Assembly: GCA_051294375.1 (NCBI GenBank)
Contig: JBJCIZ010000028.1
Span: 124,001 to 188,000 of the forward strand
DNA from: Paraspadella gotoi
Lineage: Eukaryota > Animalia > Chaetognatha
Direction: 5' to 3'
Length of the DNA stretch: 64,000 bases
Position 1 is the first letter of the stretch, and each line of letters starts with the position of its first letter. A model generated the notes under the pieces. It was not told the DNA's origin. It searched no databases and saw only the letters and a program-made list of their open reading frames with translations. Made by a program: the position numbers and the translations under genes. Positions 1 to 13,550 of this stretch are shown here, piece by piece.

Positions 1-428
1 TCTTATTCATGATATTATGGCCTGTTGCGCGTGATGCCCAGCTTTTGGTGTGAGGGGCTTTCGTCCCTCAGCGACGAGGTTTAACTACTAAGCGCCATCT
101 CACATGTAATACAGTAGGAAGTCTTTAGGACTGTGGAGTTTGGACAGAACGCGCAGTTGGGATGGTGCGTGCCCCCAGCTGAGCCATTGCGATTCTGACT
201 GACGTTGGAGGTGAAGGGGCGTGGTTATACCGCTACAATATTTTTAGTTTAAAAATAGCTAGCTTCTTTCCACACTAAGTCACCCAAGAAGAAGAACATC
301 TGGCATTGCCATTGTAGATAAAGTTATAAGCACTGCAATACGATAATAAGACCGAAAGGTTTGGCTATATAAAAAAAAAACATACACCCGCACTGCCCAG
401 TTCCGATTCGCAATTCCCTCCCGACTGA

Positions 429-2185
429 GAAGCAGATCGTCCGCGTTCGCTCCTACAACTGACGCTGACGACGACGACGACGACGCTGCTGACATCGTTT
501 CTCTTTCAAGCAGAAAATCATTTCGCGATCGCTCAGTACGTTTATCGTTACGAGGGACGAGATGCGATCGACAACTCGGACTCCAGCCTCTTAGACCCGA
601 CCTTCGGCCTCTCGAGTCTGGGAGACGATCTCAGCCCGAAAATCAAGCTTTACCGACGAGTCGGCGTCGACGGCGGGCGGGACCGAGATTGTTTCGCGCT
701 GAAAGGATTCCTGGACGAGGCGCGGTGGAAGGACGCGCGGCTGTTTGCGGGAGTGAACGCCTCGGACTGGATTCCGAGATGTTCAACGTCGATGCAAGAG
801 GTGGATAAGGGGTCAGTTTGTCCGTTTATCGGTCTGTCTGTTGATCTGTTGGCTTGTCCGCTTTCAAATATTTATTTTTTTTGCTTAATGGCACTAGTGT
901 TTTAAAAAAAAAAAATCACATTTCTAAAGGTTTAAATGACAAATTTCTTCTCCTTCTTTTTTTTTAGGCCTTCACCTTGCACCAAACGGTCAGCATTGGA
1001 AATTATCTACTGTTGGCTCCTGCATATTCTCTGACTCTGCTCCTGATCACATTCGACGTAGCGACCGGACTTTGCTACATCTGCCTGACGTCGAGTCTGG
1101 CGAGAGTCTCGAGAAAAGAGTTGCTGTTGAACATTTCCGTTGCTTCGCTAGGACTCTTCATCATCCTTTACAACTTGATCATCTCGTTTGGACACGAGAA
1201 GGTCAATGAAACGTACGATCGACTAATGGAGAAAAACGGGATAAAAATGTCCGATCAAATAATCAGTCGAGCTTATCGGCCCTACTCCCCTTTAACTCAC
1301 GACGCGGGGATTAGCCTGAAAAACTCCAAATGGCAACTCTACAATTCCACCAAGCTGCTTTCTTATTATTTCTTGGCTCGGCTTTGTTTCCTTTTTCAAT
1401 TTCTCTACGGACGTAGCTTGTCGAGCCTCGCCGCCGGCAGAGCTTACAAAGCCTACGGGTCCATTTCGGTTTTCTTCGTGATCCTTGTCTCCTGGGCGAC
1501 CTGCTTGGCGTATCGATGGAAGCCGAGCGTCGAATCGCGTCGAAGGTTAATCCGAGATTTCGTTTCTTTCTGCCATTGGAATGGAAACGTCTCGAGGCTG
1601 GAATCCTTTTCGCTCTGGAAATACGTTCACGAAAACATATTTTCTTTCGTGATGGCCAGAGAAAATTATTTCGTTCTCTCGCTCTCTCTCTTTTTTCTCC
1701 TCCTCAATCTACTTTACTTTTCATTGACGACAATTTTCCAAACGACGAATATTCTCGGCAAAGTTTCTTACGTCGTCGTCGTCCTTTCGTCAAGTTGTCT
1801 CGTTTGCCTCTGGAGTCATTTGTTTTCGCCCCGCGGCAACGTAGAGGGCGTTGCCTCGTACTTCTCGATCGACTACGAAATTGGCCGAATTCTCTTGGAC
1901 ACCGAGTCATCTTTCGAGCATCACTCGCCCTTCTTCACCGAGATCCTTCGGTTGAGCGGGGTGCTCGCCGAGTGTCTCGCCCGACGCCTTGAGGACGACC
2001 AGTTCCAAATCGGTTATTATCAGTTCGGTCACGAGTTTGAAGACGATTCCCTGTATCACGCGAGTCTAGTGAAAAACTTTACGATCAACGCTGATTATAA
2101 CAATCACGAAAACGAGTTTGCTTATGTTCAAGTCTTCGTCGTTCTCTTACCTTCTGTTGGCGGTTTTTGTTTTTTGAAATCCTAA
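429..2185 (+). CDS. Multi-pass membrane protein of unknown family; probable exons ~429-800 and 968-2185 (start codon not located)
   Basis: 402-aa ORF 977-2185 has about 7 hydrophobic segments. A polypyrimidine tract plus AG at 966-967 opens in frame at 968. A GC-rich frame is open from 429 (LLQLTLTTTTTTLLTSFLFQAENH...CSTSMQE), with a phase-0 GAG|GTGGAT donor at 800/801. AATAAA at ~2228. Confidence 0.6.
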
Positions 2186-2691
2186 AGTCCTACAACAATT
2201 GTCATTATATGAACGTATTGTTTACAAATAAAATAAACTCATTAATTCGATACTACTATAATTGGTCGATGCCATTCTCTCCTCGACCGATCACGATCCA
2301 ATGATTCGAATTCTGCGGATTTATCCTAACCTCCGATTCGATTTTGATTCCGATTCTGATTTATATTTGATTTCCCTTTAGGTGAGGTCGAGTCTCCTGC
2401 AATGATATTGTAAAAATCGATAATAAAAATGTTTCAACAAAGAAATTTTATCGGAACTCTTCTTGGTAGAGAAGAATTGCCTAATTTTTTAAAAATGTCA
2501 TAATTTGATCCTAACTCTTACGCAAACGCCAAAAAAAAATAGCACCTATTTCAGTAATACGGCGATATTGTAGATTATTGTTTAAAATTTTTAATGTAAT
2601 TAAAAAAATACGTACTGAATATACTGCTTTAATTTAAATGAACGCCCACAACTACCAGATAATAATCAGAAAAAAGATATGTAGAGAAAGT

Positions 2692-3228
<537 letters not shown>

Positions 3229-3300
3229 AGAAATTTCGTTTCAGGCTATCGAAACAGATTTCAGGATTTTATTTACTTTTTGAACATTTTAAAGCCATCG

Positions 3301-3373
3301 GCCCTCGTGGCCCAATGGATAAGGCATTGGCCTCCTAAGCCAAGGATTGTGGGTTCGAGTCCCACCGGGGGTA
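3301..3373 (+). tRNA. tRNA-Arg, anticodon CCT
   Basis: GCCCTCG...CGGGGGT acceptor stem, A-box TGGCCCAATGG, anticodon arm TTGGC-CTCCTAA-GCCAA, T-arm GTGGG-TTCGAGT-CCCAC, T-run shortly downstream. Very close to animal tRNA-Arg(CCT) as I recall it. Confidence 0.96.
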
Positions 3374-3788
3374 TCTCTTTCTTTTAAATTATTAACGAAA
3401 AATTAAATTATTCTAATCTTATATTAAATAATAAGAAATTAAATAATTAATAATCAAATAATAATAAGTTATTCTAATGTTCGGGATTTTCGCGATACTT
3501 TCCATTCAAATATATTTTAAATCGGTAAAATATTGAAAATGAATTGAGTAAATCTTTTTTTTCTGCCGAAAGTTTGAACACTACTACTAATACTATAAAT
3601 TATTTTATGCCGCAAGGGGTTACCGTAAGTAATGTAGTTCAGTTCAGGAAATTATTATCTAATTATCGACGTCCGTTGACACAGAGCTTTTTTTTTTAAA
3701 TCTCTCTCTCTCTCTATCTCTCTCTCTGACCTCATGGGCCACATTAAATTGCGCCCCGGTTTAGTCTATTTCATGTTCATGTTTGTTT

Positions 3789-3860
<72 letters not shown>

Positions 3861-3919
3861 CTCTCTTCTCTCTCTCTCTCCTCAAACAATTGTGACCGGT
3901 TGTCATCAGCGTTAAGACT

Positions 3920-3951
<32 letters not shown>

Positions 3952-4115
3952 ATACTCGCTTCCAAATGTTGTCAGCAAATCTTAGCGTCGGCCGATCGAA
4001 CCAGTTGTTTTCAAAATTTTGTCAATGAACAACCTCGTGTGTGTTTTTTTTAATATATACCAAATTAAGGAACGAATTTTTAAAAAAAAATATTAATTTA
4101 AGAAAAACTAAATAA

Positions 4116-5987
4116 ATGATAAAATATATCCGTAAATTAAAAAGAAATCTTAGGATATCCTCCAACGTGGAAATGTTCCCGTTGAGAAATCAATCGGGCG
4201 CAGAACTAAATTCGAAATTATCTTCGTCGGAAGAAAGTAACGAATCACATCAAACGAGACGTTCGAAAGAAAATCCGCACGGTGGCGATGCACGCGCCGA
4301 AGAGTTCTCGAGCGTGGAATTTCAACCGCGGCATATACTAAAACATGCCGAGGCAACGGCTGATTGTTCTGAGTCGACGAATAATTCGAAAGAAAGTGAG
4401 ACGGGCCTTTCACGAAACGACTCATCAACGGGCAAGCCTCATGAATGCGATGTCTGTCAAAAGTCATATACTTACGAAACTAACTTTATAAAGCATTTGC
4501 TCTCTCATTCCGAAGCGAAGGAAAACTCTCACACTCATTCGAATGACAATCGGTTTACTTGCGAAACTTGTCAAAAACATTTTACACATTTGGATCTTCT
4601 GAAAGAGCATCTTAACAATCATACAAATGAAAAACCGCATAAGTGTAACGTCTGCCAAAAGTCTTTTCATAAACAGTCTTATTTGAAGATGCATCTCCTT
4701 CTTCATGAGTCGAAGAAACTCTACAATTGCGAGACATGCAATAAATGTTTTTCAAGCGGGGAGCGTCTAAGAAAACATCAGACAACTCATTCTAACCATA
4801 AGCCTTTCAAGTGCGATATGTGTCTCAAGTCTTTCCAACAAATTTCCATTCTCACGCAACATCTTAAAGTGCATACAAAAATAAAAGAAAAATATCAATG
4901 TGAAGTTTGTCAGAAGTGTGTTTCAAGCAAGCAAGCTTTGGATTGTCACCTTCAATCTCATGCGGGAGAAAAACCATATCAGTGTGATGTTTGTCACAAG
5001 CGCTTTTCGCACGCAATAATCTTAAGAGGGCACAAACGAACTCACACAAACGTTAAGCCATATAAGTGCGAAATTTGTCAGAAGAGCTTTTTAATATCGG
5101 GAAATCTAAAGACGCATAAAAAAATTCATTCGACCGAGCGACCGTACAAATGTGAACTTTGCCCAAAGGATTTTAATCGAGCGTTCAGCCTCAAGATTCA
5201 TCTCCAAACTCACTCAACGGAAAAACCGTATAAATGTGAATTTTGTGAGAAAAGTTTTTCTCAAGCGAAACTTCTAAAGTTACACCTTCGAACTCACACT
5301 GGGGAGAAACCATACAAGTGCGATTATTGTCAAAGATGCTTTAGACAAATACCTCACCTGAAGAAACATCTTCAAACTCATACAAAAGAGAAGCCATATC
5401 AATGTAACGTTTGTCAAAAGCTTTTATCAAGCGGGCAATCTCTCAAGTACCATTTACAAACTCATTCAACCGAAAAACCATATAAATGTGAACTTTGTTC
5501 AAAAGGCTTTTCAAGCTTAGAAACTTTAAAGCCGCACATTCGATATCAGCATAATAATACGTCACATAAGTGTGAGTTTTGTCAGAAGTCTTTTTCTCGA
5601 AAGTCGCATTTGAAGACTCATCTCCTTACCCATTCGGCAGAAAAGCCGCACAAGTGTGATAAATGTCATAAATGCTTTTCCTACTCTGGATCTCTAAAGC
5701 TTCATCTACGGACTCATAGTAATGAGAGACCATACAAGTGTGAAATATGCCCGAGAAGTTTTTACGCATCTTCAGATCTGAAGAAACATCTCGAAACTCA
5801 TACAAAGGAGAAACATCGATGCGAAATTTGTAAGAGGTCATTTTTAAAATTGTCACAACTGAATTCTCATCAAAAAACTCACGTCAAAATGTCTTATCAA
5901 TGTGAAATATGTCCGAAGGTTTTCTCAAGTGAGCATTGCGTTAAGCGTCATCGCCAAATACATGTTAAAGGCGGGAATGAAAAATAG
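4116..5987 (+). CDS. Poly-C2H2 zinc-finger protein 1 (~18 fingers, intact; alternative start 4173)
   Basis: 623-aa ORF with tandem CxxC-x12-HxxxH fingers and HTxEKPY linkers. Short N-terminus contains a degenerate finger (EEFSSVEFQPRHILKH). Confidence 0.93.
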   Translation: MIKYIRKLKRNLRISSNVEMFPLRNQSGAELNSKLSSSEESNESHQTRRSKENPHGGDARAEEFSSVEFQPRHILKHAEATADCSESTNNSKESETGLSRNDSSTGKPHECDVCQKSYTYETNFIKHLLSHSEAKENSHTHSNDNRFTCETCQKHFTHLDLLKEHLNNHTNEKPHKCNVCQKSFHKQSYLKMHLLLHESKKLYNCETCNKCFSSGERLRKHQTTHSNHKPFKCDMCLKSFQQISILTQHLKVHTKIKEKYQCEVCQKCVSSKQALDCHLQSHAGEKPYQCDVCHKRFSHAIILRGHKRTHTNVKPYKCEICQKSFLISGNLKTHKKIHSTERPYKCELCPKDFNRAFSLKIHLQTHSTEKPYKCEFCEKSFSQAKLLKLHLRTHTGEKPYKCDYCQRCFRQIPHLKKHLQTHTKEKPYQCNVCQKLLSSGQSLKYHLQTHSTEKPYKCELCSKGFSSLETLKPHIRYQHNNTSHKCEFCQKSFSRKSHLKTHLLTHSAEKPHKCDKCHKCFSYSGSLKLHLRTHSNERPYKCEICPRSFYASSDLKKHLETHTKEKHRCEICKRSFLKLSQLNSHQKTHVKMSYQCEICPKVFSSEHCVKRHRQIHVKGGNEK

Positions 5988-6302
5988 GAAAAAAAATTAA
6001 TATTTTTTTTTCAAGACCGTTCCCAAACTCTAAAACACTTTTTTTGAGGAATTTTGATAATGATGAAAAGGCTAATGTGGTTGAAAACTTTTAAAATATC
6101 ATACTTACGACAAATTCAAATAATTCAAATAAGCTTTAAAATAGATCAAAATGCAGTCCAGATTCAAAAAAGCTGAGCTTCTGGCGATTCAGCAAATGTA
6201 TTCTCTTTAATCATTTCATGCTTTCTACGCCATTTTATGTGGGTTTAAATTATAACATAATCTATGTCATAATCTTGTAAGAGTGATGGAGGCCTTAAAC
6301 CA

Positions 6303-6385
6303 CCAAAGCCTGTCCAAAGTCAGGGGCAAGATAGCTTATTTATTAAATGAATGGATAATTTTTATATTGGTTGTACCAATTTCAT
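6303..6385 (+). repeat. Short dispersed repeat (CCTGTCCAAAGTCAGGGGCAAGATAGCTTATTTATTAAATGAATGGATAATTTT...), possibly a retroposon 3' tail
   Basis: Related copies at ~7158-7232, 11206-11255, 13172-13215 and 49181-49225, and reverse-complement pieces at ~41629-41656 and ~60584-60597. Confidence 0.6.
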
Positions 6386-7641
6386 AAAACAAATAAAACC
6401 TATCGAAAGAGTTGCAGATCAAACGGAAAAGCCAATCCATCTGATATTTTTCGTGAATATTTTATTAGGGAATTAAAAAAAATTAGTAAAAAATTTCAAC
6501 TTACATCCTTGACAACAAACTGTTTTTAGACTTTGAACCTAAATTCCTCCTAACTGGAATGCTTTTATCAAAATGTGTTTCTATATTTTTTTATATTAAT
6601 ACCAAAAACAGTATTGACAAAATCAGAAGCAGTTTTTATTACATTTTCACAAATGTTTTTAAGATTCCTAAACAAATTTTTGTAACGAAATTCTTTCAGT
6701 CGTTTAGGCTGCAACTTTTTTTGTTCATTGTAACTATTAACTTTTTTTACCATCAAACAAATGATTTTTAGAAAAAAAAATCATGGTTTTAGTTTTTTTA
6801 AATGTACTTTTAGCATTTCTGAGAGCAATGACTATTTTTAGCTTGTTTCGAATTTTCATGAAAAATATATACCCAGACGATAATTGGTCCCACTTTATTT
6901 CAAAGTACTAATATTTTCATTGATAGGGAAGCAAGGTGCTCTGGAAGTGAATAAACGAGTCTTGATTGAAAGCTTGCAGGGTAATGCTATGTTATTGTAG
7001 TGAATAAGGCGACAAGCGGGCTGAATACTACTACCCCTAACTACTAAGCTGCGTCGGCAGCCATGGAACGGGTCCTGGGCTTGGAAGCAGGTACCTAGTG
7101 GNNNNNNNNNNCCTAGTGGTCATGAGCCAATGAGCCAATGAGCCACCGGGTCAAGACTGCAACGCCCAAAGTGAGAGGCTTATTTACGTATTTAAAGAAT
7201 GGATAATTTTGATATTGACTGCCAATTTCATATACGAAATAGGGTAACAGAAGAGAGAGGAAGAGAGAGAGGATGAGAGGAGAGAGCGAGAGAACGCCAG
7301 ATAATAATCGGGCGACTTCTGAATAAGGATTTACTATTTGACTGTTTTATTGAAGCCATCGAGGTAAAACAGAATACAAGGAAATGACCCTCAGTTCTTA
7401 ACACATATCTATGCTATCTCGATCTATCTATCTATATCGTCTCTCTCTTTCTCTCTGCTCGCTCTGCGGTTCGCAAACCGATTAATGAGCCACCTGTCTT
7501 ACAAGCCGATGAAGCCTTTTCTCAAGCGCGACGACGACGGATGGACAGACGACGACGACGAAGACAACGACGACGACGACAATGGCGATGGCGTTGGCTT
7601 CAACTTCCATTGTTTTCCAACCTTTCGTTAAACTTTGTGAT

Positions 7642-7697
<56 letters not shown>

Positions 7698-8101
7698 TAC
7701 AAAGAAAACATTAACGGCAACAACTTCGTGTTTCATTGTCTCTCCCGATATCGAAAAAAAATAATTGACTTCGAATTTTGTCAACAAATAATCTTCGCAT
7801 TAGCAATTGTCATCTTTTTAAATAAATAAACTCGTCCTTTTTCTTTTAAAACTAAATTTGGGGTTGTTCGTCGATTAGACATTTCTTAATACATACGAGC
7901 AACGTATTTTGAAATGTGCAATTATGAAAAAAAAACAACTAATTAATTAAAAACGCAAAAAGACCACTTTTTTAGTTTAAACGTCAATCGCGAATAAACA
8001 TACTTAAAAAAAATTGATAATTACAGTCAATTATAACGTAAAATCGTCTCAATTAAACAAATAACTAAATCTAAGAATCTCCTCAACACACACTAAAAGA
8101 T

Positions 8102-10200
8102 ATGGCGCACACTTGCGACGTATGCGGCGAAGATTTCTCTAGCGTGGATATTTTATCACGACATCTACTGGACCACGTCACGGAAGTGGACGAAAATTCT
8201 TTGATGGAAAATGATTTGCAAAAAGAGTCGACTAACGATCCGAGTGGAACGGACCTTCTTCAATACAAATGCGACTCGTGTTCAAAATCATACAGATATA
8301 AAACTTGGCTCAAAAAACATCTACTATCTCATTCTGAAAGGAAAGAATTCAGATCGGTGAAATTTGTCAAAAACTCTCAAGACTAAACGAAATTTACAAA
8401 TTCACTCGGATACTCATTTAAAAAGGACCGTTTAAATGTGAAAATTGTCAAGAAGTATTTGAAACAAAACGTTCATTATCGTTTCATTCCTTCATTCATA
8501 CAAATAAAAAACCATTAAGTTGTGAAATTTGTCAAAAAGTTTTTTTATGTAAGTACAAACTTAAGTACCACATTAAAATCCATAAAAAAGAAAAACCATA
8601 TAAATGTGATGTTTGTCAAAAGTGCTTTTCGGTCTCGGCATATCTGAAAAAGCATATACAGTCTCATTCGAAGGAAAAATCGTACGAGTGTGAAATCTGT
8701 CAGAAATGCTTTTCACAGCCAAAAAATCTAAAGCTTCACATACGAATTCATAATGGAGAGAAACCATATAATTGTGATTATTGTCAAAAGGCCTTTTTAG
8801 ATCATGCAGCTCTGAAAAAACATGTTTTTAGTCACACAAAGGAAAAGACTTATACTTGTAAAGTTTGTCCTCAACGGTTTTCACGAATCACATCTTTAAA
8901 TAAGCATATGCCAACTCATTTAAGCGAGAAAAATTACGAATGTGAAATTTGTCAGAAATGCTTCTTAAATATGAGAAGTCTAAAGGAGCATGTTATAATC
9001 CATTCTGAACATAAGCCATACAAATGCGATAATTGTCGAAGATGCTTTCGTCAATTGAATGAACTGAAATCTCACCTCATAACTCATTCAACAGATAAAT
9101 CTCACAAGTGTGACATTTGTTATAAATGTTTTAGACACAAGGAAAGTCTTAAAAGTCATATACTAACTCATTCTAATTTTAAACCTCATAAATGTGACAT
9201 ATGCTTCAAATGTTTTAGATTTTCGTCAAATCTTAGTATGCATCAAAAAACTCATAACAAATTTCAAGAGAAGCAAAATCAGTGTGAAAGTTGCCACAAG
9301 TTTTTTTCAAACAAGAGCGCTCTTAAAATTCATATCTTAACTCATACTAAAGAACAACCATATAAGTGTGATATTTGTGATAAACGTTGTTCGCAATCGG
9401 GCAATCTCAAAGCGCATTTAAAAACTCATTATGACCATAAGCCTCATAAGTGTGATATTTGTCAGAAGAGCTTTTCAGAAATTTATTCTCTAAATCTCCA
9501 TCAAAAAACACATTCAAAAGAAAAGTCTTATCAATGTGAAGTTTGTCAGAAGTTTCTTTCATGCAAGCGATCACTCAGCAGCCATATGATAACTCATTCC
9601 AAAGAGAAACCATATAAGTGTGAATATTGTCAGAGATGCTTTAAGACAATGCAACATCTGAAGCAGCACCTGCGAATCCATACTGGAGAGAAACCATATA
9701 CGTGTGATATTTGTCAGAGGTGCTTTTCACGAAGATATCATTTAAATATGCATATAAAAACTCATACGAAAGAAAAACCTTTTCAATGTAAAATTTGTGA
9801 GAGGTTCTTAGGCAGCGATCAAGCTCTCAAAAACCATCTCCCAACTCATTCAACTGAAAAACCATATAAGTGTGATTATTGCCAGAAATGCTTTGCAAGT
9901 ATGTTATCTCTAAAGATGCATCTTAAAATTCATACAAATTTTGACAAATATAAGTGTGAAATTTGCCAGATGGGCTTTTATTTAAAGTCGAGTTTAAATA
10001 TGCATATTATTACTCATTCAGGAGAGAAACCACATCAGTGTGAAAAGTGTCAAAAATGCTTTTCCCTCCTGTCAAATCTAAAGCGGCACCTTATAATTCA
10101 TACTAAAGAGAAGCCATACAAGTGTGATATTTGTCAGCTATGCTTTAATCTATCTTCAAATCTTAAGCGACATCTCAAAACCCATACAAAGGGGAAGTGA
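8102..10200 (+). CDS. Poly-C2H2 zinc-finger protein 2 (~24 fingers); frame broken by indels at ~8350-8425
   Basis: ORF 8102-8386 (two fingers). A disrupted finger follows (...ICQK...LQIHSDTH read across frames), then one frame is open 8422-10200 with 21 further fingers. The indels may be sequencing error or pseudogenisation. Confidence 0.85.
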
Positions 10201-11028
10201 TATCAAAATTGAGAATTGATTTAAAAAAATGCGGCATAATATATGCATTGAACGTTTGACCAAAATGAAAGTAAAAAACTCCAGTTGTTTGTTATGAACA
10301 ATTATTTTGAAAAGCAAAATGCGGAACAAATGAACGAACAATGAACGAATGAATGAAGAACAAAATTAAGTTCAATGTTGTAGAATAATTTGGCAAAATT
10401 GTTTTTAAATTTTAAATGACAAAAACTTTGTTACAAAAAACATTTTTTCACGAAATATAGTAGACTTTTACTTTGCATAATTAACTTTTTGATAAATAAA
10501 CCTTTCTTTTGTGCTAATACCGCAACAAAAATATGTAATTCTGTTGCAATTTAATGACTTTAGCTTGTGAACCAGAGCTCAGTTTTTACAATGTGTAATC
10601 TGTAAAAATATTGAATTTTACTAATTTATTGTAACTTTTAAGCAAAAAGTTAATTTTTAATAGATAGAAATTACTTTTAATGTCTTCGCAAGCACAGTTA
10701 ATTAGAGGCTTATTCCCGATTTTTTTTTGCTAATCCAGTGTGCATATTTTTGTAGTTTTATTTAAAATGATATGTTTTAATTAATTTCGATATTTTTTTG
10801 TAAATCTTTTAATCGAGTTTTGCAATAAAAATTAGCTTTTCTTTTAAAATTGGAATAAAGTGAAATTTTGTTTTGTTTACAAACAACGAATTTGTTTTCA
10901 TTTCAAGGAGAAAAAAAACGTACATGTTTCGGCTAGTACGATAGCCTTCATCAGCGAAAAAATAATAATAGTTAAATTGAAAGTTTTTTGTTTTTTGTTT
11001 AAAAATAGCAACGACTATGATTATGGCA

Positions 11029-11200
11029 ATGACGACGACGACGACGACGAACGACGACGAGCGACGACATTAAAACTCATTCAACGGAAAAAAAAAACAC
11101 ATCAATGCGAATTTTGTCAGAAAAGATTTTCATCTATGACACTTTTAAAGCTACACCTTCTACTCACACAAAAAGTTTGATAATTGTCAGAGGAGCTTCG
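11029..11200 (+). pseudogene. Relic of a C2H2 zinc-finger gene
   Basis: A (GAC)n leader-like tract is fused directly to one decayed finger (THQCEFCQKRFSSMTLLKLHLLLT) resembling ZF1 ~5207-5340. Confidence 0.7.
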
Positions 11201-11299
11201 CAGGCATATTTATTTAAAGAATGGATAATTTGATATTGATTGTTCCCAATTCATATCACTTCGATAACCAAGCTTTTTGCTTCCTATTTAAGACAGAGC

Positions 11300-11355
<56 letters not shown>

Positions 11356-11436
11356 TGGACATTTGTCCGAGTGAACTTTAGGCACTAAGTTAGGCCCTTA
11401 AAAGCGACCTGTCGAGAGAGAGAGAGACGAGAGGAG

Positions 11437-11490
<54 letters not shown>

Positions 11491-11573
11491 AGAGAAGAGA
11501 AGAGAGAGAGAAAGCCAGACTTCTCGATAAGGAATTTACTCTTGACTTCAGAAAATGACCATTCTCTCTCTCA

Positions 11574-11630
<57 letters not shown>

Positions 11631-11939
11631 CTCTCGACGGTTGCACACCTCATAACGACACGACGACCGTTCCTTTCGACGTATCTCGCGTCAAAACTTC
11701 AAGATCGAAGCGAAAAATCGTTCGATCGTTTTAAATATACATTAAATAGCGAATAACATTAATTAAACTCGTATGTTTTAAATTTTTCAAACAAGTGGAT
11801 TAAAATATTAAAAAAGGAATAAAAAAAACGCGCCAAATCTCTTGTTTTGTGGTAAAAACAAAACTAAATAAACCCAAAAATTATTGAACCAAATTTTTAA
11901 AAAATTGAAACGATTTTAAAAATATCACAAATCTAACCC

Positions 11940-13097
11940 ATGATCGCCGCAATGAAATCAAAATTAACTTCAATTACCGAAAGTCGGCAATGCATACTAA
12001 TGAACATCCACACGCTTGCGACAGTATGGCGGCCAAGGTTTCTCCAGTGTGGAATTTCCTCGCAGCACTCTCATTAAATCAACATCACGGCAAAGACTGA
12101 TAACTCGTCAACGGAGAGTACAACGACTTTTAATAATGATCGCAGAAAAGCGGACGATCTTCCCTACAGACGCGACACCTGTCAAAGATCCTACGAAACT
12201 AAATCTTCGCTAACGAACCAACGACGATCCCATTCTGTAGAAAAAGCATTTACTTGTGAATTTTGTCGGAAAACCTTTTCATGGCGACATAATTTCAATC
12301 TTCATCTGCGAATTCATACTGGAGAAAAACCGTATGAATGTGATATTTGTCAAAAGGCCTTTTCAATGAGTGGAACTTTGAAAATTCATAGGCGAAGTCA
12401 CACGAAGGAAAAACCTTACGCTTGTCACATTTGTCCAAAGCGTTACACGCAACATCCTCATTTGAAAACTCATCTCGAAAGCCATTCGACGGAGAAAAAA
12501 TACCGTTGTGATAAATGTCCCAAACGTTTTTCACAAAAGATTCTTTTAAAGGTTCACCTCCAGAGTCATTCCGATCGTAAGCCTCACAAATGCGATAATT
12601 GTGAAAGGAGCTTTAAAAGTTCGTCCGAGTTAAAATCCCATCTCCTCACGCACTCTTCGGAAAAACCTCACAGGTGTGACATTTGTCATAAAAGTTTTAG
12701 GCACAAGGGAGGTCTTAGGTCACATGCTAGCACTCATACCGATTTCCGTCCTTACAAGTGTGACATTTGTCGCAAGTGTTTTAAATCTCCGTCGAATCTC
12801 GTCAAGCATCAAAAATTTCATACGAAATTAGAAGAGAGGAATTTTCAGTGTGAAATTTGTCGGGAGTTCTTTTCGAGCAAGACGGCGCTAAAAATTCACG
12901 TACGAACTCACGCGAAAGAAAAACCATATAAGTGTGATATTTGTTCCAAATGTTTTTCACAAATGGGAAATCTCAAATCGCATAGAATAATTCATACTGA
13001 CGATAGGCCTTATAAGTGTGATATTTGTCAGAAAAGCTTTTTTAGATTATCACATCTAAAAAGACATCACAGCACACATACAAAACGAAAGCCTTAA
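11940..13097 (+). CDS. Poly-C2H2 zinc-finger protein 3 (~10 intact fingers); N-terminal indels at ~12000-12080
   Basis: Frame open 12078-13097; ATG at 11940 is in the same frame but followed by a stop at 12075. The paralogous N-terminal motif GQGFSSVEF lies in another frame. Fingers align one-to-one with the middle of ZF2. Confidence 0.8.
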
Positions 13098-13245
13098 TCC
13101 CTTAAACTCGAGCCCTTATCAATTTGTCAAATAATCGTGAGTGAATAAAAAATACTGAGAGAGTCTTTACATAGCTTATTTATTAAACGAATGAAAAATT
13201 AAATATTGGTTTGTTTTAAAGGCGTTCAGGCCCAAGAATCTTTAT

Positions 13246-13320
13246 TTTTATTGGATAAGAGGCGATGGCTTCGTCCAATCAGAAGCCGAATTCGACGCAG
13301 CCAATGAGATCGTTGGATTC
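13246..13320 (+). promoter_or_regulatory. Cluster of CCAAT boxes upstream of ZF4
   Basis: ATTGG (~13250), CCAATCAG (~13276) and AGCCAATGAG (~13299) in close spacing, NF-Y-like. Confidence 0.45.
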
Positions 13321-13434
13321 TAGTTGTTTGTATCTTTTAACCAGTGGATGCGATGAATCTTGGGCAGAAGCCAGACAAGAATTTCATAGACAGATATGGA
13401 AGCCTCTCCTCTCTCTCTCTCTTCTCCTCTCTCT

Positions 13435-13476
<42 letters not shown>

Positions 13477-13505
13477 ACGATGGTTTAATCAACTTCTTCT
13501 GCCGA

Positions 13506-13550
<45 letters not shown>

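Noticed and set aside
100-215. RNase P/MRP or SRP RNA
   Set aside because: Only partial motif resemblance (GGAAGTC, GATTCTGACT); the P4 pairing and the SRP helix-8 motif are not satisfied.
8340-8430. Programmed ribosomal frameshifting in ZF2
   Set aside because: Several separate indels are needed and similar noise affects many exons; sequence error or decay is more parsimonious.
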